A stretch of 52,670 nucleotides of DNA from Nemertoderma westbladi (lineage: Eukaryota; Animalia; Xenacoelomorpha), in NCBI GenBank assembly GCA_032718475.1, contig JAUCBJ010006512.1:1-52670 (forward strand), read 5' to 3'. The notes under the pieces were generated by a model. It was not told the DNA's origin. It made no database searches and was given only the letters and a program-made list of their open reading frames with translations. The position numbers and the translations under genes are program-made. Below, one piece after another: positions 11,711-24,600 of the stretch (its first letter is position 1; each line of letters starts with the position of its first letter).

Positions 11711-12085
11711 TAATTGGTAGCCATAATAAAATAATACGTCAATACGGAGTAGGGTCAATTTCTATAACACTTGAAAATAGAATTGATAAAATTCGAAATA
11801 TTTTTCGATTTTCTGCGTACATCAGACAATATTAATGGAATACCAAACTAGTAAAATGTAAAAATGTTTCTCATTAATCTGTTTAATCTGTTTAATTATT
11901 GTTTGTTAAACAAATAAAATTGTTAAAAATGTTATTATCACTCGTTGCGATCGTAAAACAAAGTGTCTTGTTCGAGTGGGAATAATATAGTATAGATACT
12001 GAAAATATAATGTTCTACATTATTTACCAGTCAGATAAATTATTATTATTTTGTTAACAATTCTTATTTATCATTTTATTTTCAG

Positions 12086-12297
12086 GTAAAAGTTATGGTT
12101 GCGTTGCTGAGTGGAACGACTCAATGGAGGATGAACGGTCGCTATGGCAACAGACTATAAACGGACCTGATGAGTGGCATGAAGGAAATTTATTGCTGCG
12201 AGATTCGCTGAAATGCCGCCCGTTGAGTACAGTGTGTCGTCATTCGTCGTCTGGGCAACCCAGCTCACCGCGGTCCCTGGATGGTGAGGAAGATTGA
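12086..12297 (+). CDS. Terminal coding exon of the synaptotagmin-like gene
   Basis: Polypyrimidine ttttcag| acceptor, phase-1 join to 1396. GKSYGCVAEWNDSMEDERSLWQQTINGPDEWHEGNLLLR resembles the SYTL4/5 C-terminal W-x-DS...E..LW...W.EG.L.LR motif; TGA at 12295-12297. Confidence 0.85.
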
Positions 12298-13642
12298 TAC
12301 AGCTCTCACTAGATCGGACTCATACAGTAGCAGACTTTACTCCCCCCATGAAACACAGAAGTCACCTGAAACTGAAGATTCATTTTCTTCTACTTTGGTG
12401 ATAATTTAACAATAGAAGTATTCATTATTATTATTAGTATTCATAATCAGTATCTAGGCCCTATTATGTTGACCTTTTAAGTTAACGCAGCAAATTTTTA
12501 AAAAAATTTGGCGTGGTCTGCCTTCGCCCTCCCATGTGAAACAATGTAACTAAAAATTTGGCAAAATTATATTATGGTATCATCTGAAACTAAAGACGAT
12601 TTCTATCAATTGATAAAGACTCAATAATGTATAGAGTCATATTGTAGATATTATCTAGCATGAAAATCAAACATAGGAGGCAGTTAAAGCCTGAAAAAGG
12701 AGCAAAAACATGCAACCCGGATGTTATACAGTAACAAGTAATTATATGAGTTTACCATATAACTGACAAGTTACATTCTTTTACCTTGGCTTTGGCATTA
12801 ATTCGGAGGGTATGACAGTCAATGTTAAGTAAGATGCCTAAACATCCTACACCTGACACGTCAGCACTGGTGTAGCCTGACTCACAAATCTTGTGCATTG
12901 TGCAACCCCAGCTACTGTAATTCATTTACTTTAGGATAATTTTACTAAAACTATGTTTTTTCAGATTTCAGTTACTTAGGACGCCAGTAACTGTATACAT
13001 AGTTACACCATGATCAAAATTCCACCTTTTATATTGTTGACTTATTGTATTCGTAACATCCTAGTAATATGATAATACAGTAAATCACTTACTAATGAAT
13101 TATTATGTAATTATTATGTATTTTACTATACAGTACCGTTAAGGCTACTGTTAATATTTATTACTTACAGTATTATTTTGTATTTATAACTCTAGCACGA
13201 TTATTTGTAGGCCTACAATGTAGAGCCTATAGATTTAAGACTATATTTTTATACAATCATGATTTCTTTTTTAACAATTTTTTATTATGATTTTAGCAAT
13301 CCATATTTTCGCATCACTACAGTATCAAGGATGATTACTGTATAAAATAAAAACTGTTGCTGTAGTGATACTTGATTGCTGAGACTTAATGTGCAGTATT
13401 GCACAAGTTGCAACTTTAGCTTGCAACTACCTTTAGGCCTACACTGTATATTGCCGCGAGTGTGAATACAAATAACTTGTATCAGCAGTAAATAATATTG
13501 AACGTCGCACATGTAATAAACTCCAGTTTTACAGTACGTAATTGAGTCAATTCTACAGGAAAGTGCCGCAATAGTGATTACTGTATTTAGTTAATAAATA
13601 GTGTAAAATATTTATTTAACTTATAATGTATTGAAACTCCGT

Positions 13643-14660
13643 AGACCTATGTAACAGGATGTAGGCCTATATAACAGGATGTAGGCCTATATAACAGGAT
13701 GTAGACCTATATTCAGTAACATGATGTAGGCCTACAGAACAGTATATACAGTAACAGGATGTAAGCATATATACAGTAACGTTATGTAGGCCTATATATA
13801 TAGATATGTTTTCTTTATTGCAGGCACAATATTGCCCATAAAAACCAAACACAACACAATAACAAATGATTAATTATACTAGAAAGGCATTACGTGGATT
13901 TATATATTTAGCACATGGTAAAATGTAGGTATATGTATGAGTAGGCCTAATGTATATTACTAGAAACGCGTTAAAAAATATATATAATAATTAATTAGTC
14001 GGTTATATACAGTAACATGATGTAGGCCTATATACAGTAACGATGTATGCCTATATAACAGGATGTAGGCCTATATAACAGGATGTAGGCCTATATATAG
14101 TAACAGGATGTAGGCCTATATATAGTAACAGGATGTAGGCCTATACAGTAACAGGATGTAGGCCTATATACAGTAACATGATGTAGGCCTATATAACAGG
14201 ATGTAGGCCTATATAACAGGATGTAGGCCTATATAACATGATGTAGGGCCTATATACAGTAACATGATGTAGGCCTATATACAGTAACATGATGTAGGCC
14301 TATATACAGTAACATGATGTAGGCCTATATAACGGGATGTACTGTTGGCCTATATACAATACATTAACAGGATGTAGGCCTATATAACAGGATGTAGGCC
14401 TATACAACAGGATGTACAGGCCTATACAACAGGATGTACAGGCCTATATAACAGGATGTAGGCCTATATAACAGGATGTAGGCCTATATAACAAGATGTA
14501 GGCCTATATAACAAGATGTAGGCCTATATAACAGGATGTAGGCCTATATAACAAGATGTAGGCCTATATAACAAGATGTAGGCCTATATAACAGGATGTA
14601 GGCCTATATACATAGTAACAGGATGTAGGCCTATATACAGTAACAGGATGTAGACCTATA
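13643..14660. repeat. 20/26-bp minisatellite (TAACAGGATGTAGGCCTATA +/- TACAG) in two blocks
   Basis: Tandem copies at ~13643-13800 and ~14004-14660. Confidence 0.9.
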
Positions 14661-15280
14661 TCGTCCCTTTTATTTTCAAACAACCTAAATGACAAAATTG
14701 ACTTTTCCTGTAAAACAGCATTATTGATTCTAATTTTGTTTGCAAGTAATACTCCAGGATTTTGGTCTTATTTACTTTTAAATACATTAAATGTAACGAA
14801 TTTAAACAATAATAGTTTTGGTATTGGAATTATGTAACATATTAGGTAGGAAACAATGTATAGGGATATACTGTAGGTTGTATAAAAAATTTTTTTTACA
14901 ATTATTACTCATAAAGCATTAAAATTCGATTATTAAGTTTTACAAATATAAAACAAATCTCCCCCTATCATAGTAAACAACAGTTCTACCTCCTGACTCG
15001 TTACCTATTTTATATCAACGTTTCCTGGCCTTACCTTATTTATAATAGTAAAATGTATTATATAGGTTGTTTTAAAAAAAAATTCGTTTCATTCGGTCTA
15101 TGTAAAACTTGCGTAGGTGGTTTTGAAAGGTTAAATATCTCAGTTATACGTGGGAGTATGGCTTTCTAAGTGTGTTAATCGGATTCAGAATACATTTTAA
15201 CATAAAGAAATGCAGAAATCACCATTTCGGCCAAAATGACATATTTTTTTCGTTTTTGTTTCAAAATGAAAGGGACGATA
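14659..15280. mobile_element. ~620-bp Tc1/mariner-type MITE
   Basis: TIRs TATCGTCCCTTTTATTTTCAAACAA / TTGTTTCAAAATGAAAGGGACGATA (2 mismatches), flanked by TA at 14657-58 and 15281-82. Confidence 0.7.
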
Positions 15281-16085
15281 TAATGAATAAGTTTGTAGGA
15301 TGTTTTTCTTTAATCGTCGGATGATAATGCTTTACTGTATACGGCGGGTTGTTTTCCAGTAGCTTGAACAGTACTGTAGAATAACGTAGTACTGTAACCT
15401 CATCCTTACGATTAATTAACTATCAACATTGAAAATTCGCAGAAGATGATGACATTAATTCTTATGCTTTCATATTTTTAGTAAGTTCAATATTTCTAAT
15501 TTCATCTTGTATTTGTCAGAACCGAACCAAAGGCCTTTCACAGTAACTGGTGGGCTTTTCGGTTGCGTTAATATTTTTTAGTGTAGAAATAACTTCACAT
15601 TTAAAGTAAAGTATACATATTATTCCATTTACAAGGTACTGTACAGGTTACATGTATTTTCTTATAGTTAATTTAATAGTTGCAAATATCTTCTAGTCAG
15701 ATTGGCATAAAGTATGTAAATTATGTTATGTGCATGTTGTATATTTTCCATAGCATTGTATAAAATACCATAGTTCGTTAATATTGTTCGAAATATCAAG
15801 TCCATGTTCATTTATAGTTGAAACGGGATGTTTAGTTACTTTTGTTTTATTTTCTTTTGTTTTCTTGTATTACTTTCTTTCCAACAATATTTATAGACAT
15901 ACAAAGTACAAAGTTTTTTTATAAATTATACAGTATGTTATAAAATAAATTATGTGCTACATGTATGTATTTTACGGTGGCCCAGAACGGCCAAGCAACT
16001 TTTTAAATGTGAAAGTGTCCTTTTCAGTGCTAAAGTGTTCTTTTTAGTGTGAAAATGATCTTTTCAGTGTGAAAATGTTCTTTTC

Positions 16086-16228
16086 AGTGTAAATTTGAAA
16101 GTGCGAAAGTGTAAATTTGAAAGTGCGAAAGTGTAAATTTGAAAGTGGGAAAGTGTAAATTTGAAAGTGCAAAAGTGTAAATTTGAAAGTGAGAAAGTAA
16201 ATTTGAAAGCGAGAAAGTGTAAATTTAA
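16086..16228. repeat. Left subterminal 22-bp array (~6 copies) of the IS3EU element
   Basis: AGTGCGAAAGTGTAAATTTGAA units, inverted relative to the right-hand array. Confidence 0.9.
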
Positions 16229-16421
16229 ATACGAATTATGGCGGGAAATTTAAATTCTGATGGGTAAGCCAGACCATGTGCTGTAAAGTATACATAGAGA
16301 GGCCTATCAACTGTACCGGTACATTTGGCAGTTACTAATACATAACATAAAACAGTAATATTATTGACATCCATCCGGCAGAATGCATCCGTACTAATGC
16401 GCTGTTGTGGTCTATTCTGTC

Positions 16422-17365
16422 ATGGCGGGATATGACGAAATCAAACTAAAAAATTATTTCCGTCAGGGTTTGACATGTGGAGATTGTAAAGATTATGCGG
16501 GTTAGAGAAAATGTCCAAATCAGTGCACGCACGATAAGAAGGCGTCTTAAAGACTTACATTTAGTACGCAGAAACCGTAACATTGACATTGACCAGATCA
16601 AAGCAGTGATGAGAAACATTATTCGTGGGTCGGGGTCCAGTTGGGGTTACCGTCATATGTGGCGCTATCTTAATAAGAAAGGGTTTCCTGTAACGCGTTC
16701 TACTGTCAGACTGGACAACTACTGCTAAAACTCTTGAACCCAGAAGCTACTGCATTACGCCAAAAACGGAAACTTAAACGAAGGATGTATTCCAACCGTG
16801 GTCCGAATGCAGCATGGCATACGGATGGGTACGACAAGTTGAAATCATATGGGTTCCCAATACATGGGTGTATAGATGGGTGGTCCCGATTTGTATTATG
16901 GTTGAAGGTTTGCCGTACAAATAATGACCCTAACGTTATTTGCAGATTTTATTTACCTACAGTAGTATTGCATGGATGTCCACTGAGACTTGATACGGAT
17001 CGGGGCACTGAGAATGGGGTTATGGCCGGGGCTCAATGTTTCTTTCGTCAATCATTGGGGGCCCATAAATACGTTGGTTCACCCCACAATCAGCGAATAG
17101 AATCGTGGTGGGCCTACTTGAGGAAGTCTTGGACTCAGTGGTGGATTACATTTTTTAATGAATTAATTGATAGTAATGAATACGACACAAATAATAGTAG
17201 ACATAAAGCTATTATGTGGTACTGCTTTGCTGATACCATACAGTTAGAACTCGATGATATTGCCGAGGACTGGAATAATCATATATTCGTAAGTCGCGCT
17301 TTAACACAATATCAGGGAAGCCTGTATGTAACTATTTCAATCCTTCCTGTAACGGCGGTGAAATT
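16422..17365 (+). pseudogene. Frameshifted IS3EU transposase (HTH + integrase core)
   Basis: MAGYDEIKLKNYFRQGLT / EIVKIM...ISARTIRRRL / RRMYSNRGPNAAWHTDGYDKLKSYGFPIHGCIDG...DTDRGTEN...NQRIESWW...WNNH / IRKSR...GKP..YF. Frameshifts near 16475, 16715 and 17285. Confidence 0.85.
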
Positions 17366-18219
17366 AACACTTTCTCGCTTTCAAATTTACACTTTCGCAC
17401 TTTCAAATTTACACTTTTGCACTTTCAAATTTACACTTTCGCACTTTCAAATTTACACTTTTGCACTTTCAAATTTACACTTTTGCACTTTCAAATTTAC
17501 ACTTTCCCACTTTCAAATTTACACTTTCTCGTTTTCAAATTTACACTTTCGCACTTTCAAATTTACACTTTCGCACTTTCAAATTTACACTTTCGCACTT
17601 TCAAATTTACACTTTCGCACTTTCAAATTTACACTTTTGCACTTTCAAATTTACACTTTCGCACTTTCAAATTTACACTTTCGCACTTTCAAATTTACAC
17701 TTTCGCACTTTCAAATTTACACTTTCGCACTTTCAAATTTACACTTTCGCACTTTCAAATTTACACTTTCGCACTTTCAAATTTACACTTTTGCACTTTC
17801 AAATTTACACTTTCGCACTTTCAAATTTACACTTTTGCACTTTCAAATTTACACTTTCCCACTTTCAAATTTACACTTTCTCGTTTTCAAATTTACACTT
17901 TCGCACTTTCAAATTTACACTTTCGCACTTTCAAATTTACACTTTCGCACTTTCAAATTTACACTTTCGCACTTTCAAATTTACACTTTTGCACTTTCAA
18001 ATTTACACTTTCGCACTTTCAAATTTACACTTTCGCACTTTCAAATTTACACTTTCGCACTTTCAAATTTACACTTTCGCACTTTCAAATTTACACTTTT
18101 GCACTTTCAAATTTACACTTTCGCACTTTCAAATTTACACTTTTGCACTTTCAAATTTACACTTTCCCACTTTCAAATTTACACTTTTGCATTTTCAAAT
18201 TTACACTTTCGCACTTTCA
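17362..18219. repeat. Right subterminal 22-bp array (~39 copies) of the IS3EU element
   Basis: TTCAAATTTACACTTTCGCACT tandem units. A variant pair recurs at 352-bp (16-unit) spacing. Confidence 0.95.
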
Positions 18220-18687
18220 CAATGAAAAGATAATTTTCACACTGAAAAGAACACTTTAGCACTGAAAAGTACACTTTCACATTTAAAAAGTTTCTTGGCC
18301 GTTCTGGGCCACCGTAGTATTTTATTAAATATGTAATTACTATTGTTTACTGTATCTTACAGAAGGCATTTTTCCATCGTAGACCAATCTGGAGAGTAAA
18401 ACGCAGGCCTAGGCCCTACGGGTATTTTAATTTAGTATATTGGATTTTCGTTAAATGCCATTGTGACGTAGATGATAAATATTTTTTCTCCTTAGCAACA
18501 TAAGGCCTACTTATATTCCATAGCAACAAAAGGTAATATTTTAACCTTATATTTTTTGTTTTAATGTGCATATATTATAATTATTGGAGTTAAACAAGTT
18601 AAAATAAATATACGTTCTATTTATTGCTCATGCAAAAATAGCTACTGATTTCAGTACAGTAAACAATATTACTAATTTATAATAAAT

Positions 18688-21600
18688 CCCCAATTACCAA
18701 CCCAATAATGTCCCTGTCCCAGAATCTTCTCGTAACCCCAATTACCAACCCTATAATGTCCCTGTCCCAGAATGTTCTCGTAACCCCAATTACCAACCCT
18801 ATAATGTCCCTGTCCCAGAATGTTCTCGTAACCCCAATTACCAACCTAATAATGTCCCTGTCCCAGAATCTTCTCGTAACCCCAATTACCATCCCAATAA
18901 TGCCCCTGTCCTAGAATGTCCTCGTATTTCAAATTACCAACCCAATAATGTTCCTGTCCTAGAATGTTCTCGTAACCCCAATTACCAACCCAGTAATGTC
19001 CCTGTCCTAGAATGTTCTCGTATCTCAAATTACCAACCCAATAATGTCCCTGTCCTAGAATGTTCTCGTATCTCAAATTACCAACCCAATAATGTCCCGG
19101 TCCCAGAATCTTCTCGTAAACCCAATTACCATCCCAATAATGTCCCTGTCCTAGAATGTTCTCGTATCTCAAATTACCAACCCAATAATGTCCCTGTCCC
19201 AGAATGTTCTCGTAACCCCAATTACCAACCCAATAATGTCCCTGTCCCAGAATGTTCTTGTAACCCCAATTACCAAACCAATAATGTCCCTGTCCCAGAA
19301 TGTTCTCGTAACCTCAATTACCAACCCAATAATGTCCCTGTCCTAGAATGTCCTCGTATTTCAAATTACCAACCCAATAATGTTCCTGTCCTAGAATGTT
19401 CTCGTAACCCCAATTACCAACCCAGTAATGTCCCTGTCCTAGAATGTTCTCGTATCTCAAATTACCAACCCAATAATGTCCCTGTCCTAGAATGTTCTCG
19501 TATCTCAAATTACCAACCCAATAATGTCCCGGTCCCAGAATCTTCTCGTAAACCCAATTACCATCCCAATAATGTCCCTGTCCTAGAATGTTCTCGTATC
19601 TCAAATTACCAACCCAATAATGTCCCTGTCCTAGAATGTTCTCGTATCTCAAATTACCAACCCAATAATGTCCCTGTCCCAGAATGTTCTCGTAACCCCA
19701 ATTACCAACCCAATAATGTCCCTGTCCCAGAATGTTCTCGTAACCCCAATTACCAACCCAATAATGTCCCTGTCCCAGAATCTTCTCGTAACCCCAATTT
19801 CCAACCCAATAATGTCCCTGTCCTAGAATTTTCTCGTATCTCAAATTACCAACCCAATAATGGCCCTGTCCCAGAATGTTCTCGTGACCCCAATTACCAA
19901 CCCAATAATGTCCCTGTCCCAGAATGTTCTCGTAACCCCAATTACCAACCCAATAATGTCCCTGTCCCAGAATATTCTCGTAACCCCAATTACCAACCCA
20001 ATAATGTCCCTGTCCCAGAATGTTCTCGTAACCCCAATTACCAACCTAATAATGTCCCTGTCCCAGAATCTTCTCGTAACCCCAATTACCATCCCAATAA
20101 TGTCCCTGTCCTAGAATGTCCTCGTATTTCAAATTACCAACCCAATAATGTTCCTGTCCTAGAATGTTCTCGTAACCCCAATTACCAACCCAGTAATGTC
20201 CCTGTCCTAGAATGTTCTCGTATCTCAAATTACCAACCCAATAATGTCCCTGTCCTAGAATGTTCTCGTATCTCAAATTACCAACCCAATAATGTCCCGG
20301 TCCCAGAATCTTCTCGTAAACCCAATTACCATCCCAATAATGTCCCTGTCCTAGAATGTTCTCGTATCTCAAATTACCAACCCAATAATGTTCCTGTCCT
20401 AGAATGTTCTCGTAACTCCAAATACCAACCCAATAATGTCCCTGTCCCAGAATGTTCTCGTAACCCCAATTACCAACCCAATAATGTCCCTGTCCCAGAA
20501 TGTTCTCGTAACCCCAATTACCAACCCAATAATGTCCATGTCCCAGAATGTTCTCGTAACCCCAATTACCAACCCAATAATGTCCCTGTCCCAGAATGTT
20601 CTCGTAACCCCAATTACCAACCCAATAATGTCCCTGTCCCAGAATGTTCTCGTAACCCCAATTGCCAACCCAATAATGTCCCTGTCCTAGAATGTTCTCG
20701 TAACGCAAATTATCAACCCAATAATGTCCCTGTCCTAGAATGTTCTCGTATCTCAAATTACCAACCCAATAATGTCCCTGTCCCAAAATGTTCTCGTAAC
20801 CCCAAATACCAACCCAATAATGCCCCTGTCCCAAAATGTTCTAGTAACCCCAAATACCAACCCAATAATGTCCCTGTCCTAGAATGTTCTCGTAACGCAA
20901 ATTATCAACCCAATAATGTCCCTGTCCTAGAATGTTCTCGTATCTCAAATTACCAACCCAATAATGTCCCTGTCCCAAAATGTTCTAGTAACCCCAAATA
21001 CCAACCCAATAATGCCCCTGTCCCAAAATGTTCTAGTAACCCCAAATACCAACCCAATAATGTCCCTGTCCTAGAATGTTCTCGTAACCCAAATTATCAA
21101 CCCAATAATGTTCCTGTCCCAGAATGTTCTCGTAACCCCAAATACCAACCCAATAATGCCCCTGTCCTAGAATGTTCTCGTAACCCAAATTATCAACCCA
21201 ATAATGTCCCTGTCCCAAAATGTTCTAGTAACCCCAAATACCAACCCAATAATGCCCCTGTCCCAAAATGTTCTAGTAACCCCAAATACCAACCCAATAA
21301 TGTCCCTGTCCCAAAATGTTCTCGTAACCCCAAATACCAACCCAATAATGTCCCTGTCCTAGAATGTTCTCGTAACCCCAATTACCAACCCAATAATGTC
21401 CCTGTCCCAAAATGTTCTAGTAACCCCAAATACCAACCCAATAATGCCCCTGTCCCAAAATGTTCTAGTAACCCCAAATACCAACCCAATAATGTCCCTG
21501 TCCCAGAATGTTCTCGTAACCCCAAATACCAACCCAATAATGTCCCTGTCCCAAAATGTTCTCGTAACCCCAAATACCAACCCAATAATGTCCCTGTCCT

Positions 21601-24600
21601 AGAATGTTCTCGTAACCCCAATTACCAACCCAATAATGTCCCTGTCCCAGAATGTTCTCGTAACCCCAATTACCAACACAATAATGTCCCTGTCCCAAAA
21701 TGTTCTAGTAACCCCAAATACCAACCCAGTAATGTCCCTGTCCTAGAATGTTCTCGTAACCCCAATTACCAACCCAATAATGTCCCTGTCCCAGAATGTT
21801 CTCGTAACCCCAATTACCAACACAATAATGTCCCTGTCCCAATGTTCTCGTAACCCCAATTACCAACCCAATAATGTTCCTGTCCTAGATTGTTCTCGTA
21901 ACGTAAATTATCAACCCAATAATGTCCCTGTCCTAGAATGTTCTCGTAACCCAAATTACCAACCCAATAATGTCCCTGTCCCAATGTTCTCGTAACCCCA
22001 ATTACCAACCCAATAATGTCCCTGTCCTAGAATGTTCTCGTAACCCCAATTACCAACCCAATAATGTTCCTGTCCTAGATTGTTCTCGTAACGTAAATTA
22101 TCAACCCAATAATGTCCCTGTCCTAGAATGTTCTCGTAACCCAAATTACCAACCCAATAATGTCCCTGTCCCAATGTTCTCGTAACCCCAATTACTAACC
22201 CAATAATGTCCCTGTCCTAGAATGTTCTCGTATCTCAAATTACCAACCCAATAATGTCCCTGTCCCAGAATTTTCTCGTGACCCCAATTACCAACCCAAT
22301 AATGTCCCTGTCCTAGAATGTTCTCGTAACCCCAATTACCAACCCAATAATGTCCCTGTCCCAGAATGTTCTCGTAACCCCAATTACCAACCCAATAATG
22401 TCCCTGTCCCAATGTTCTCGTAACCCCAATTACCAACCCAATAATGTCCATGTCCTAGAATGTTCTCGTAACGCAAATTATCAACCCAATAATGTCCCTG
22501 TCCTAGAATGTTCTCGTATCTCAAATTACCAACCCAATAATGTCCCTGTCCTAGAATTTTCTCGTATCCAAATTATCATCCCAATAATGTCCCTGTCCTA
22601 GAATGTTCTCGTATCTCAAATTATCAACCTAATAATGTCCCTGTCCTAGAATGTTCTCGTATCTCAAATTACCAACCCAATAATGTCCCTGTCCCAAAAT
22701 GTTCTAGTAACCCCAAATACCAACCCAATAATGTCCCTGTCCCAAAATGTTCTAGTAACCCCAAATACCAACCCAATAATGCCCCTGTCCCAAAATGTTC
22801 TAGTAACCCCAAATACCAACCCAATAATGTCCCTGTCCTAGAATGTTCTCGTAACCCAAATTATCAACCCAATAATGTTCCTGTCCCAGAATGTTCTCGT
22901 AACCCCAAATACCAACCCAATAATTTCCCTGTCCCAAAATGTTCTCGTAACCCAAAATACCAACCCAATAATGTCCCTGTCCTAGAATGTTCTCGTAACC
23001 CCAATTACCAACCCAATAATGTCCCTGTCCCAGAATGTTCTCGTAACCCCAATTACCAACACAATAATGTCCCTGTCCTAGAATGTTCTCGTAACCCCAA
23101 ATACCAACCCAATAATGTCCCTGTCCCAAAATGTTCTAGTAACCCCAAATACCAACCCAATAATGCCCCTGTCCCAAAATGTTCTAGTAACCCCAAATAC
23201 CAACCCAATAATGTCCCTGTCCTAGAATGTTCTCGTAACCCCAATTACCAACCCAATAATGTCCCTGTCCCAGAATGTTCTCGTAACCCAAATTATCAAC
23301 CCAATAATGTTCCTGTCCTAGAATGTTCTCGTAACCCCAAATACCAACCCAATAATGTCCCTGTCCCAAAATGTTCTCGTAACCCCAAATACCAACCCAA
23401 TAATGTCCCTGTCCTAGAATGTTCTCGTAACCCCAATTACCAACCCAATAATGTCCCTGTCCCAGAATGTTCTCGTAACCCCAATTACCAACACAATAAT
23501 GTCCCTGTCCTAGAATGTTCTCGTAACCCCAAATTCCAACCCAATAATGTCCCTGTCCCAAAATGTTCTAGTAACCCCAAATACCAACCCAATAATGTCC
23601 CTGTCCTAGAATGTTCTCGTAACCCCAATTACCAACCCAATAATGTCCCTGTCCCAGAATGTTCTCGTAACCCCAATTACCAACACAATAATGTCCCTGT
23701 CCCAATGTTCTCGTAACCCCAATTACCAACCCAATAATGTTCCTGTCCTAGATTGTTCTCGTAACGTAAATTATCAACCCAATAATGTCCCTGTCCTAGA
23801 ATGTTCTCGTAACCCAAATTACCAACCCAATAATGTCCCTGCCCCAATGTTCTCGTAACCCCAATTACCAACCCAATAATGTCCCTGTCCTAGAATGTTC
23901 TCGTAACCCCAATTACCAACCCAATAATGTTCCTGTCCTAGATTGTTCTCGTAACGTAAATTATCAACCCAATAATGTCCCTGTCCTAGAATGTTCTCGT
24001 AACCCAAATTACCAACCCAATAATGTCCCTGTCCCAATGTTCTCGTAACCCCAATTACTAACCCAATAATGTCCCTGTCCCAGAATGTTCTCGTAACCCC
24101 AATTACCAACCCAATAATGTCCCTGTCCTAGAATTTTCTCGTATCTCAAACTATCAACCCAATAATGTCCCTGTCCTAGAATGTTCTCGTATCTCAAACT
24201 ATCAACCCAATAATGTCCCTGTCCTAGAATGTTCTCGTATCTCAAATTATCAACCCAATAATGTCCCTGTCCCAGAATGTTCTCGTAACCCCAATTACCA
24301 ACACAATAATGTCCCTGTCCTAGAATGTTCTCGTAACCCCAAATACCAACCCAATAATGTCCCTGTCCCAAAATGTTCTAGTAACCCCAAATACCAACCC
24401 AATAATGCCCCTGTCCCAAAATGTTCTAGTAACCCCAAATACCAACCCAATAATGTCCCTGTCCTAGAATGTTCTCGTAACCCCAATTACCAACCCAATA
24501 ATGTCCCTGTCCCAGAATGTTCTCGTAACCCAAATTATCAACCCAATAATGTTCCTGTCCTAGAATGTTCTCGTAACCCCAAATACCAACCCAATAATGT

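Larger units (their letters stand above)
15973..18316 (+). mobile_element. IS3EU-type DNA transposon, internally deleted
   Basis: Long TIRs starting TACGGTGGCCCAGAACGGCCAAG (TAC...GTA termini). 6-bp TSD GTATTT at 15967-72 and 18317-22. Integrase-like DDE transposase inside. Confidence 0.88.

Noticed and set aside
12470-13155. Possible piggyBac/Kolobok-type MITE after the SYTL 3' UTR
   Set aside because: TE-like composition, but I could not define convincing TIRs or a TSD.
17417-18259. 254-280 aa FTLSHFQIYTFALSNLH repeat ORFs and the tail of the 499-aa ORF
   Set aside because: Translations of the stop-free 22-bp subterminal array, open in all three frames.
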